A program made the position numbers and the translations under genes. From Chara braunii (taxonomy: Eukaryota; Plantae; Charophyceae): a stretch of DNA of 64,000 bases. The stretch's first letter is position 1, and each line of letters starts with the position of its first letter. Positions 1-12,152 of the stretch are shown one piece after another. The notes under the pieces were generated by a model, which was not told the DNA's origin, did not search any database, and was given only the letters and a program-made list of their open reading frames with translations. The stretch lies in the NCBI GenBank assembly GCA_003427395.1, contig BFEA01000016.1, forward strand, positions 4,661,242-4,725,241. The letters are read 5' to 3'.

Positions 1-3000
1 GACGTGACCATTGGCAAAACCGGAGTAATAATAATAATAATAATAATAATAAATATAAAAAAAAAAGGGAAAACAGTCTTTGCAGACTGTGTGGGAGCAC
101 AAAGGCTCCCACTTCGTCTTGGAGACTGTGTGGGAGCACAAAGACTCCCACTTCGTTTTGGACAGATGATTGTGGCCGCAAGATCTTGAAATCTTGCGGC
201 CCATAGTTCACACACGAAAAGCAAGAGGGGGTTGGAGTTGAGTGGAGAGAGAGAGAGAGAGAAATGGGAGTATGGGGAGAGGAGGACATGCTCCTCCCGA
301 CCTGCCAGCTGCCTCCCCGTTGTTAGGGGGGGTAAGAAGAAAAAAAAAGAAAAGAAGAAAAAGAAAAGAAAAAGAAAACGAAAAACGGGATCTGAGTTTT
401 TTTGAGAAGTTGTATTTTTCAGTTTGCGCCACTATTTTTTTGGTGGCGCAAAACAATTTTTTGGACCTTGATTTGTTTTCTGTAGGTAGTCAGGCACGTA
501 GGCCATGTGCGTGATTTTTTTTAGATTTTTTTATCCAGCGAATATTTTTCTAAAATTCTTCAAAGTCGGGGTACTTTTTGCACCCCGCTCTGAGCCTGTC
601 GGGATTTGAACTCGTGCCATCCCCGTTTTCAGGGGAGGGTAGGGGAGAAGAGAGAAAAGACCTATAAACGCCGTAGGACGTGAAATGGTCGTTGCCCACG
701 AAATGGACAACAAGAGATGAAGGGGTAATGAGGGAAACTTGGCTGGGAACAACCATTTTCCCGCTGAACCTGCACTCAATGTGGGGCTGAGTGCAGGGAA
801 AAGGGAGAAAAAGAGGGGGGCAGTTGAGTACAATTGCCACCCTAAGTGTGTGGCTGAGATGAGACAGCCTTAGTCCGTTGATCTGGCTCAGATCAACGGC
901 TCCAGGCAAGTGACGAATTTTGCCTGGGGGCAGCTGAGGCTGCTGCTGCCCTCCTCAGCCACTACAAAAGAGGCAGCTGTCCCCCAGCTGCCTCACACTT
1001 GCCTCCGGGTGCCAGTGTGCGACAGCACACTTGCCTCATTGTTGGAGTGCTGGAGAGGAGGCAGGAGTGTTGCCGGCGGAGCTGGAGGACTGAAGAGGAG
1101 CGGAGCGACGAAGGAGGAGACAGCCATAGCCTTGGTTGGAGCACTCTGCTCCACCCCTTGGCAGGCTGGTCTCTGGTGGGACTCTGCGACAGCATGGTGA
1201 GGAGTGGCAGCGGAGCGTGGCAAGGAGCAGCGGGGAGCACGACAACTGGTGGAGGTGTGCGGACTGATATTTTCGGCAACCATAACCCATTTCTGTGGGG
1301 TTATGCTGCCGAAATACCACGGCGTCGGCATGATACCTTTATTTTGAGGGGTGACGCTGCCGTTTTGACGGCACGTTGGCGGCACTTTGTTTTGAAGAGT
1401 GACGCTGCCGTTTTCACGTCACGGTAGTATAACGCGGCGAAGCGCTGCCGTTATTTTTTTTTTACGGTGGTACGGCACGGCGGAGCGCTGACGTTTTTTT
1501 TGAGGTGGTACGACACGGCGAAGCGCTGCCGTTTTTTTTACGGTAGTCCAGCACGGCGAGGCGCCGCCGTTTTTTTTCTACGGTGGCACGGCACGGCAGA
1601 GTGCTGACGTTTTTTTTGAAGTGGTACGACACGGCGAGGCGCTGCCGTTTTTTTTACGGTGGTCTAACACGGCGAGGTGCCGCCGTCTTTTTTTCTACGG
1701 TGGTACGGCACGGCGGAGCGCTGGCGTTATCTTTTTTTTTTAACAGGGCACAGAGCGACGACGTGCTGCCATTTTCCGACGAGAGTTCGGCACGGCAGTG
1801 GAATTGCGGCACGACGGTGGGACGTGTGACGTGGCAGTGGAGGTTTTTTTTACGGCGCTGAAAGGTTTTTTGTTGCGGCGCGACGTCTGCCTTTCTTGGT
1901 GAAGGTCTGCTACCATTGGTGTGTACGGCAATAGCAGCGTGATATGTTGGCGGTTGACGGCATGCGACGATACGAAATCTGAGCGCGACGGGCGGGTTTA
2001 TTTTTTTATGCAGCATATGAAATAAATGTTTTGTAGATGAGACTACCCAACACTAGCAGTAGTGAGGGATCACTTGGGACCGGCTGGGATCAGTTGGGAT
2101 CGACGCAGGACGTGGTGAATTTTTTGGGACGAGTGCGGCTCGCCATTTTCGCACTTGGGACTGCCGCGAGTGAAACTTGCGAGTCGGGAACAGACTGGGA
2201 CAAACAGTTGGCCCAAAACTTACCTCGGTACTGCGGTTTCTTCGGCGATGCGTATATGTCATTTGGCTTTCTTGAGTGAGCCACGACGCGTTCGACACCA
2301 CTTCACTCAAGGTCAGTCAGTGGACGACTCAGACTCCCTTCACACCTGTGTGCACCCACACATTGCTTGACACTTTTGCTTTGAATGTTCAGGAGAAAAG
2401 GTTGAGTGGGGTTGTGAGAGTCATGCATGAGTGAAAAGGTGGGTCTGACGTGAGTAGTGAGACTTTGCTTGTGTTCTTTTGATCGTGTTGTGTGCGTGGT
2501 GTGCAGGTGAGTAAAAAGACGAAAGTGTTATTTGACAAAATGACGGAGAGTTTGACCCTTATCTTTTTCCGTTCGTCAGTGAGTTGAGTGAACTTGCTTG
2601 TTATTTTTGAAGGATAATCGATGAGTGCCGTGAGAAAAGAAATCTTGATGACAGAAAGAGAATCAAAGTATAACGAATTTAACTCTTCCCAAGGAAACTC
2701 GTTTTATCTTGAATAACCCTATCTATATATACATATATAAGTGGTTCTCATTCTCTATCACCTCTGACTCTTTTCGTTCAAATTAAAACCTACTTGGGGT
2801 GATCACATTCTCTTTCTCCAAGAAGCATCTGGGGTGGGGGTTCGTTGCTTTAGGAGCCGGCCCTGTTATCGACCCAGAGTGGACCGTTTCTACGGGGGGG
2901 TACTTTGCCGGTTCGGTGGAGACGGCCCGACTTCTGAGATCCGAGTCTTGTGCTCGGGCGAGGAGGAGGAGTACATTACTTCCTAGAGGGAGAGACATCT

Positions 3001-3885
3001 AACACTCCAAGCAATGCCCCTGATCAAGAATCATTCGTCATCGAAATTGAGAATGAGTAAAGATGAAAATGCGTGCCTAGTCCTAGGTCGGCGGTAGGTC
3101 AGAATGAATGACTTTGGCAGCAAGTCTCATCAAGTCAAAACTAAGGCGACCGACTACCTTGTCGGTTGCAGTGAGGTTATTATCAGTAGTCAACTCGTTG
3201 TTGGCAGTTGTTTGATTGTTTTATGGTGTGCGACCCGCGGTGGTTGGATTTTATTCTGATCTTGTATTATTGAACGATGAATTGTTTCTTTCAATTATCA
3301 TTTTCGATGGGATATATATTCTTGTCGACTACGGTCGATTTCTTTTGACGTAATTGTCTGTGAATGTTATAATTCTCTTTGGCTATATGTCTAAGGGACT
3401 AGGATAACTATTTGGGTTTCACACTTGGTTGAGACCGTCCTAATCAATCGGCGTACGTTTCGTACTTAGGAGATCAGCGCCCTAGGAACGAACGACGTTC
3501 GGGTCCGCTCGGCGTTAACCAAGCGTATCTATACTACAGCGAACGAGCAAACGCCCTCGGCTGACCTACCTCTGCGACTGCATTTAAAAGCTTTCGTATG
3601 TGGGTCGGTAGCTCGGTAGGGATACGCCCCTAAGAGTGGTGACAGCCCCTTAGGGAAGCAAGCTTATGCCCCGCGGAAACCTGTCCTGTCGAAGGGGACT
3701 ACGGGATGTATAGCTGGCGCACCCGGCCAGAGCGGCGAGGGGACGACGCGACCGCACCCGTTTCGACGGCATGCGAGATGTTATGCGTCGTTTCCTGAGT
3801 TGTCTCTTAAGTTATGTTTTGTTTAAACTCCTGCGTGACATGGCCGGGAGGGCCCTCGTTCATGCGAGGGCCGATGCGCTCGACA
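1..3885 (+). mobile_element. LTR subfamily A, 5' part outside the window
   Basis: Ends GGGCCGATGCGCTCGACA (3885), the terminus that abuts the PBS at 20394 on the minus strand. Colinear blocks shared with 32573-37289, 54863-56050 and 57870-58985. 60-205 matches 10920-11020 (minus). Confidence 0.85.
1290..1870 (+). repeat. Degenerate ~38-40 bp GC-rich tandem repeat in LTR A
   Basis: Recurring unit TTTTTTTACGGTGGTACGGCACGGCG(G/A)AGCGCTGCCG. Confidence 0.9.
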
Positions 3886-5568
3886 GTGTCGTACTTTGTT
3901 ATTGTTTTGATATACCAGTTATTGTGTTAAGAATTACCGTTTTCATGTGCTATACCCTTTGGTTGGTGCTGGTCCCACGGGACAGGCCTAGTGGCACTGT
4001 GGTACTACTGCGGGCGACACCGATTTTTTACTGCGGTAGTACGGAAGTGCTGCCGAAATTCTGCAGCAGCGGCATCGACTTTTTTCAGCGGTGGTGCGAG
4101 AGTGCTGCCGGATTTTTGAGGCGGCAGTTCGGGTTTTATCGGCGAGGGTGCGGTAGCGCTATCGGAATCTTTTCGACGGTGACTCCGGTTTAACCAGCCG
4201 TGGTGTGGTAGCGCTGTCGTAATCTTTTCGACGGTGACTCCGGTTTAACCAACCGTGGTGCGGGAGCGCTGTAAAAATTTTACAGTGGCGAAGCGAGGTT
4301 ACAGGCGGTAATATTTCTACAATAAACGGCGGTTAAACCTTGGTATAGAGAAGGTGCCGCTGGAGTAGGGGATCAGAAGTGGCGTGAGTTTTGATGGCAT
4401 GGTGATGCGGTGGCAGTGAAAATCAGTGGCGGCGATACTTATTGAAAGATACTGAGGAGACGTTGTGACAGGTGGTTGTGGTAAAAGGAGGAGTGTGGAT
4501 TATTTGTCGACGACTGAAGACAACTGTCACTTGACAGAGGAGCATAATTTTATACGACTTTTCTTGAGTGAGCCGCTATTATCTTCAGTCCAACTTCACT
4601 CAAGGTCAGTCAGTTAAATTGACTCAGTTCCCTTCACACCTGAGTGAACCCACACTTGCTTTGACCTGTTTTACTGAATGTTCATTGAAAAGAGAAAAAG
4701 AATGTGTGCGTTTGCGTGTATGACACGGAATCTGACAATGGAAAAGGATTGCATGGTGGTTTGTGTGTCGTTGGGTTTTGACTGCAGATACAGCAAATTG
4801 ACTAAAATGGATAAGGGTGATGACGGTGAAAGAATGGTTGACTTTTCATCTTTGTGTTTATATTCTATTTATAAAAAAAAAAAAAAAAAAACGACGAGAA
4901 ACGAAGCGAGCATAAGGAAGAGAAATTCAACTTGGTTTAGACTTATTCCTGAGGTTACTCATTCTTTCCCGAATAACCCTCTTCCATCTATGCCTGTCAG
5001 TTTGAATGATTCTATCTTTCTACGATTCCTCTTTTCTCGTCTAAGTTTAATTTTGGCGCTAGGCGGCAAGATTTTACTTGTCTGCCGTGTAGGTGTATTT
5101 CCATTTTTCTAAGAGGCATCTAGGCAGGGGTTCGTTGCCTTAGGGGCCGTCCCTGTTATCGACTCAGAGTGGACCGCCTTGCGTGAGGGTACTATGCCGA
5201 TTCGGTGGAGACGGCCCAACTTCTGAGATCCGAGTTTTGTACTCGGGCGAGGAGGAGGAGTATGCCAGACCACCTCTTAGGGTAATGGAAAAGGCATCCA
5301 CACGGAATAAAATTATTTTCCTGACGCCTTGCGAAAAAGAAAAACTGCCTTAGCAGTCCTGTTTAAGTTGTCACCCTAGGTACCATTAACATATGGAGAG
5401 TTGGCGCCACAAGCAGCCCGACTCATGCTTCACTAGTTGAACGGAGTACATTTAGATACTCCTGACGAGGTTGGTCGTGCCATAAGAAGCACGGGCCAGA
5501 AGGAAGACAAATGTTTTAGTGATACTTAATTTTAACTTAATCACATTCGGCTTCCTTTTTTCTTTCAG

Positions 5569-6067
5569 ATGGCTATGGGAACCACGTTCAACAATCGTGA
5601 TGCGGCAGCGGAGAAAGTTGAACTCCGAAGGCGTGATGGAGTGAGGGTAGAAAGGGTAGGCAGACTTATTTATAATCCGTCATAATTATATTATGAGGAG
5701 GACGTTCCGCGATTTTGGGGCGGTAGTGCGCAAAGACCCCAGACGACTTATTTTCAGGAGTGATAACGGTTTGGATATTCTTCATTACGAGTTCGCACCG
5801 CCATTGTCGGAGCGTCACTTCGTCAATATGAACCTGGTGGTGTTACAGCCCTATGAAATCAACACATGAGTGGACGAAATCCTTAAAATAAGATTGATGT
5901 ATGTTCGTTACGTGCTTTGGCTGAACGAGCGACAAGGCCCATTTTTTGGCCTATACTACGCGTTGCGGATACGTGCCAATAGGTACGCAATAATAGGGGC
6001 TGATGCATTATATGACGATAAATTGGAAAATGAAGCGGAAGAACTCGAGGAGTTTTTACGTAACTGA
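5569..6067 (+). pseudogene. Orphan LTR cargo ORF-A (~165 aa consensus), disrupted
   Basis: Three copies (here, 8004-8503 minus, ~21481-21850 minus) have different lesions and together give MAMGTTFNNRDAAAE...DNGLDILHYEF...NEAEELEEFLRN*. The ATG follows a polypyrimidine-CAG. Confidence 0.55.
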
Positions 6068-6090
6068 TTTGAATTCGTTCTGATACGCAG

Positions 6091-6730
6091 ATGCCTGGAG
6101 CACGACGAGACTTGACGATCCCAAGGTATCTGCTGGTTCATGATACACACGAGGAGGATCTCATCAGAAGTGCGGCACGACTTTTACAAGTACGGGATGA
6201 ATCTTCTATCAATTGGCTCGGCTTCATCGGACTGCTTCAAAATAGCGAGGGATTTTTCCCCACTACTCGCGCAGATTTTCGAGCCAACACAGCTCGGACT
6301 CCCGACGAGCTTTACGGATATACTTTGTATTTCCACCGCGCGAGTAACCTCCAATGCCTCTCTCGAGTCATTGTGAGTATCAAGATTATTTCGTCCGGTA
6401 GGCGTTTCGGCATCGTCCGGATCCGGGACACAGAGACTCGACATTTGTTTGGACTTAGTCGACCTCTCCGAGTTATAGTTTGGAGACTAGCCTCTTAAAT
6501 GACCTCCTTCTATAATACTCGGATTGTTAGAGTCATGCGATGTGGACAAAGGTCAACTTTGAATTTCGACGGCGACGAGCTGACACGTTTGGATTTATTG
6601 GAAGCACAGGTGCGTGGCGGGCGAGAGATTTACCAGGATTAGACATCATCTTCTGAAATTTTACTCAGATTTCATAAAACACTTCGCGTGGACTCAGTCC
6701 CGTTGAGGAAACCATATAACTTATGGTTTT
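6091..6730 (+). pseudogene. Orphan LTR cargo ORF-B (MPGARRDLTIPRY...), disrupted
   Basis: 135-aa ORF 6091-6498 continues in frame past a stop (NFDGDEL.RL.LLEAQVRGGREIYQ also at ~21000-21224 minus). Partial copies at 7795-7980 and 21000-21457. Confidence 0.45.
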
Positions 6731-8003
6731 CATGAGGTAATCTAAAAAAAAAAAAAAAAACACTTTATATAGTTAGGACCGCCGGATGGATAGTATTCGG
6801 ATTACCCCGATGATTTCACTATCATGCTTATGCATTGAGGGGTAATCGTTCGCATAAAAATAAGCTGGATAGAGTGAAAACCGAACGTCTGAAAAAGTTA
6901 TCAAGCAAAGCAGCGGAAGATGAAATATTTCTGAGTTGCGTAACTTGACATTAGAGATGGATACTCCATTATTCGTGAAACAGAAAGAGTAATTATTGTC
7001 CAGGAGGGCAAAGCGACCAACAAAGTTGTCATTTGCTCATCCAAATAGTTGTATATGGTATGGAAACGTCGTCGAACCGGGAATTCAAACTTTGACCAGG
7101 AACCAGATCACTTGTTGATCTGCAGGGTACCAGTGATATTTACTTACAGAAGCTATTCATGATAAATTTCAGTAATCATGATAATAAGATCATTCTTAGT
7201 TTATTTCTTTAAATTAACAATCTTGGAACGACAATATAAAAAGTTTTTTCAGTCATATAGGTCGAAAAAGAGACACTTTGGCAGACCAGCTCATCAAGTC
7301 AACGATTTGGATTGTGTGATTTTGTTTTAAGTATGGGGATTTTTTTGTTGTTTGATTGCTAGGGACCAAGGATCGTTTTCACGTTTGGGTGAGAATGTCC
7401 TAGTCGATCGACGTACACTTCGTACTTGGGAGATCAGCGCTCCAGGGAACGAACGACGCACGGGTTCATTCGGCGTTTAGTCAAACAATTCCTATACTGC
7501 AGCGAGACGAGCAAACGTCCTCGGCTGATCTACCTCTGCGATTGCATATAAAAGCCTTCGCACGTGGATCAGAAACTCGGTAGGGATACGCCTCTAGGGG
7601 TGGTGATAGCCCCTTAGGGACGCAAGCTTATGCCCAGCGGGAACCTGTCCTGTCGGCGTCCGTCTCGGCGGTTCACGGAACAGCATGCGTCGTTCCCGAG
7701 TTGTCTTTGAAAGATATGTTTTTAGGTAAACTCCTGCGTGACATGGCCGGGAGGGCCCTTGTTTTCACGCGAGGGCCGATGCGCTCGACAGGTGTCTGCG
7801 CGAGTAGTGGGGAAAAATCCCTCGCTATTTTGAAGCATTCCGATGAACCCGAGCCAATTGATAGAAAAATTCATCCCGTACTCGTAAAAGTCGTGCCGCA
7901 CTCCTGATGAGATCCTCCTTGTGTGTATCACGAACCTTCAGATATCTTGGGATCGTCAAGTCTCGTCTTGCTCCAGGCATCTGCGTATCAAAACGAATTC
8001 AAA

Positions 8004-8503
8004 TCAGTTACGTAAAAACTCCTCGAGTTCTTACGCTTTATTTTCCAATTCATCGTCATATAATCCATCAGCCTCTATTATTGTGTACATATTGGCACGT
8101 ATCCGCTCCGCGTAGTATATGCCAAAAAATGGGCTCTGTCGCTCGTTCAACCAAAGCACGTAACGAACATACATCAACCTTATTTCAGGGATTTCGTCCA
8201 CTCGTGTGTTGATCTCACCGGGCTGCAACACCACCAGGTTCATATTGACGAAGTGACGCTCAGGCAATAGCGGTGTGAACTCGTAATGAAGAATATCCAG
8301 ACCGTTATCACTCTTGAAAACAAGTCGTATGGGGGGTCCTTGCGCACTACCGCCCAAAATCGCGGAACGTCCTCCTCAGAATATAATTCTGACGGATTAT
8401 AAATAAGTTTGTCTACCCTTTCTACCCTCACTCCATCACGCCTTTGGAGTTCAACCCTCTCCGCTGCCGCATCACGATTGTTGAACGTGGTTCCCATAGC
8501 CAT
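8004..8503 (-). pseudogene. Second copy of cargo ORF-A
   Basis: ORFs 8240-8503 and 8031-8357 are the two frameshifted halves. Confidence 0.5.
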
Positions 8504-10246
8504 CTGAAAGAAAAAGGAAGCCGAATGTGATTAAGTTAAAACTAAGTATCACTAAAACATTTATCTTTCTTCTGGCCCGTGCTTCTTATGGCACGACCAA
8601 CCTCGTCAGGAGTATCTAAATGTACTCCGTTCAACTAGTGAAGCATGAGTCGGGCTGCTTGTGGCGCCAACTCTCTATACGTTAGTGGTACCTAGGGTGA
8701 CCACTTAAACAGGACTGCTAAGGCAGTTTTTCTTTTTCGCAAGGAGTCAAGAAAATAATTTTATTTCGTGTGGATGCCTTTTCCATTACCCTAAGAGGTA
8801 ATCTGGCATACTCCTCCTCCTCGCCCGAGTACAAAACTCGGATCTCATAAGTTGGGCCGTCTCCACCGAATCGGCATAGTACCCTTCCGCAAGGCGGTCC
8901 ACTCTGAGTCGATAACAGGGACGGCCCCTAAGGCAACGAACCCCCGCCCCAGATGCCTCCTAGAAAAATGGAAATACACCTACACGGCAGACAAGTAAAA
9001 TCTTGCTGCCTAGCGCCAAAATTAAACTTAGACGAGGAAAGAGGAATCGTAGAAAGATAGAATCATTCAAACTGACAGGCATAGATGGAAGAGGGTTATT
9101 CGGGAAAGAATGGGTAACCTCAGGAATAAGTTTAAACCAAGTTAAATTTCTCTTCCTTATGCTCGCTTCGTTTTTCGTCGTCTTCTTTTTCTTTTATTTA
9201 TAAATAGAACATAAGTACAAAGATGAAAAGTCAACCATTTTTTCACCGCCATCACCCTTATACATTTCAGTCCATTTGCCGTACCTGCAGTCAAAACCCA
9301 ACGACACACAAACCACCATGCAATCCTTTTCCATTGTTAGATTCCCTGTCATACACGCAAACACACACATTATTTTTCCCTTTTCAATGAACATTCAGTA
9401 AAACAGGTCAAAGCAAGTGTGGGTTCACTCAGGTGTGAAGGGAATTGAATCAATTTAACTGACCGACCTTGAGTGAAGTTGGACTGAAGATAATAGCGGC
9501 TCATCAAGAAAAGCCGTATAAAATTATGTTCCTCTGTCAAGTGACAGTTGTCTTCAGTCGTCGACAAATAATCCACACTCCTCATTTTACCACAACCACC
9601 TGTCACAACGTCTCCTCACTATCTTTCAATAAGTTTCGCCGCCACTGATTTTCACTGCCACCGCGTCACTATGCCATAAAAACTCACGCCACTTCTGATC
9701 CCCTACTCCAGTGGCACCTCCCCTATACCAAGGTTTAACCGCCGCTTAATGTAGAAATATTACCGCCTGTAACCTCGCTTCGCCGCCGTAAAATTTTTGC
9801 AGCGCTCCCGCACCACGACTGGTTAAACCGGAGTCACCGTCGAAAAGATTCCGACACCGCTACTGCACCCTCGCCGATAAAACCCGAAATGCCGCCTCGA
9901 AAATCCGACAGCGCTCTCGCACCACCGCTGAAAAAAAACGGTGCCGCTGCTGCAGAATTTCGGCAGCACTTCCGTACTACCGCAGTAAAAAGCCGGTGCC
10001 GCCTGCCGTAGTACCGCAGTGCCACTGGGCCTGTCCCGTGGGACCATCACCAGCCAAAGGGGAGGGGAGGAAAATGCTCCCTGCCTTGGCTATGGCTGCC
10101 CAGTCCTCCTCCTGGTACTCCTCTGCAGTCCTTTAGCTCCTCCTCACGTTGCCTCAGGCACCAACTCCAGCAGCCAGCACTCAAGTGTGCTCGTCACACA
10201 CTGGCAGCACGAATGCTTTGTGTGGCAGCTGGGAGGCAGCTGCCTT

Positions 10247-10253
10247 TTTTATA
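10247..10253 (-). promoter_or_regulatory. Putative TATA box of LTR B
   Basis: CAGCCAATATAAAAAAGGCAGCTG on minus. Same context as 34649 in D and the decayed CAGCCACTACAAAAGAGGCAGCTG at 956-979 in A. Confidence 0.55.
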
Positions 10254-11068
10254 TTGGCTGAGAGGAGCTGGACGTCACTTCAACCCCCAGGCAAAAACGC
10301 GGGCTCACAGAGAGCCCTTGATCTGGCCTAGATCCAGGGCTGACTGTGGCCGCACCACAGCCACAACCTTAGTGTGGGGCAGTTTCTTTAACTGCCCTAT
10401 TTTCTTTTTCTTTTTCTTTTCCCCTGCTATCTCGGAATCTGGCGAGATAGCTGGTCTCCTGCCATTTCCAAAAGTGTTTTTCTTTTATTTTTCTGACAAG
10501 GGGTTGGAAAGTTACAGCCCCTTACAGTTTGATATATCTGGACCCTTTTTCCAGGGCAGATACATCGGGGAAAAGGCTGTACTTAGCCTTTTTCACTTAT
10601 GGCCCTTCAATTTCCAGGCTCCCTCTAAAAACGGGAGCCTGACAGTTACCTCTGGTAGCTTCTACCAGAGGTAGCACCACGTGAGGACAAGTGTCCTCAC
10701 CAAAAATGAAGAAAAAAAAAAGAACTAACTTTCTAATTCCTACTGAACCTGGCTTTTACCTCAGCCAGGTTCGTGTTGTTGCATGCAACAGCCTTCCCTT
10801 ATTTCCCTCTGCCCTCCCCTGAAAACGGGGAGGGCAGTTGGCAGGTTGGAAGGTGTAGGACCTCCCCCTCCTAACCCCCACGTCCTCGTCTCTTTCTCTC
10901 TTTATTCCATGCTTGTACTGTGGGCCGCGAGATTCAAGATCTTGCGGCCACAGTGTGTTGGCAAAAAAAAAACAAACGAAGTGGGAGCTATCGTGCCCCC
11001 ACACAGTCCCCAAGGACTGTTCTTTTCCTACCACGAGGCAGTTGCCTCGTTTTCGTTTTCTTTTTCTG

Positions 11069-11100
<32 letters not shown>

Positions 11101-11828
11101 NNNNNNNNNNNNNNNNNNNNNNNNNNNNNNNNNNNNNNNNNNNNNNNNNNNNNNNNNNNNNNNNNNNNNNNNNNNNNNNNNNNNNNNNNNNNNNNNNNNN
11201 NNNNNNNNNNNNNNNNNNNNNNNNNNNNNNNNNNNNNNNNNNNNNNNNNNNNNNNNNNNNNNNNNNNNNNNNNNNNNNNNNNNNNNNNNNNNNNNNNNNN
11301 NNNNNNNNNNNNNNNNNNNNNNNNNNNNNNNNNNNNNNNNNNNNNNNNNNNNNNNNNNNNNNNNNNNNNNNNNNNNNNNNNNNNNNNNNNNNNNNNNNNN
11401 NNNNNNNNNNNNNNNNNNNNNNNNNNNNNNNNNNNNNNNNNNNNNNNNNNNNNNNNNNNNNNNNNNNNNNNNNNNNNNNNNNNNNNNNNNNNNNNNNNNN
11501 NNNNNNNNNNNNNNNNNNNNNNNNNNNNNNNNNNNNNNNNNNNNNNNNNNNNNNNNNNNNNNNNNNNNNNNNNNNNNNNNNNNNNNNNNNNNNNNNNNNN
11601 NNNNNNNNNNNNNNNNNNNNNNNNNNNNNNNNNNNNNNNNNNNNNNNNNNNNNNNNNNNNNNNNNNNNNNNNNNNNNNNNNNNNNNNNNNNNNNNNNNNN
11701 NNNNNNNNNNNNNNNNNNNNNNNNNNNNNNNNNNNNNNNNNNNNNNNNNNNNNNNNNNNNNNNNNNNNNNNNNNNNNNNNNNNNNNNNNNNNNNNNNNNN
11801 NNNNNNNNNNNNNNNNNNNNNNNNNNNN
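11101..11828. other. Assembly gap
   Basis: Run of N. Other gaps at 27310-27753, 47590-47697 and 57268-57322. Confidence 1.
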
Positions 11829-11943
11829 AAAAACCATTGGCATAAGCCAACGGTTACAGCTATGTGCCCTTGGGCACATCTTCGGGCGCCATGTGGCGTT
11901 TTTGTTCTTTATTTGTTTATTTATTTATTTTATTTATTTTTAT

Positions 11944-11982
11944 TTCGATTTATGCGTGTTACTGTTGCGCAGGGGCCATGCT
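11944..11982 (-). ncRNA. U6 snRNA 3'-half fragment inside LTR B
   Basis: Minus strand AGCATGGCCCCTGCGCAACAGTAACACGCATAAATCGAA versus plant U6 AGCATGGCCCCTGCGCAAGGATGACACGCATAAATCGAG. Followed by an (AAAT)n tail. Confidence 0.8.
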
Positions 11983-12064
11983 GACCTGTGCGCGGCCGAT
12001 CTAGACTGCGCGATCGGGCGGTCGAGGTAGACCGCGCCTCTAAAAGAAACGGGCAGCTAAAAAA

Positions 12065-12152
12065 GGAGTTAGCCCGGCAGTACCACGAGTGAGATTCGAT
12101 CCCCATATCAGCAAGGTGAGAGTTGAGTGTGTTATCCTACTGGGCTAGCTCC
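12065..12152 (-). ncRNA. tRNA-like Pol III-type hairpin inside LTR B
   Basis: A-box-like TAGCCCAGTAGG, anticodon-like loop CTCTCAC, B-box-like GGGATCGAATC, long closing stem GGAGCTAGCCC/GGGCTAACTCC, then T6. Confidence 0.6.

Larger units (their letters stand above)
3955..7790 (+). mobile_element. LTR subfamily B, 5'-truncated copy carrying cargo ORFs
   Basis: Ends GCGCTCGACA (7790) followed by GGTG, the first bases seen after the LTR at the PBS junction. 3955-6275 is the diverged reverse complement of 7795-10060. Confidence 0.85.

Noticed and set aside
3555-3660. Group II intron domains V/VI (TCG(C/T)A(C/T)GT..., GGTGACAGCCCC)
   Set aside because: No AGC/CGC triad or domain V geometry. It is the conserved LTR 3' structure.
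7904-7912. CTGATGAG as hammerhead core (also 21381, 43535), and the CTTGATGAG motif as hammerhead or C/D snoRNA
   Set aside because: No stem II plus GAAA with closing stems, and no consistent box C/D terminal stem.
10756-12030. Long ORFs spanning N runs (also 27074-27853, 47458-47910, 56795-57470)
   Set aside because: Artefacts of assembly gaps.
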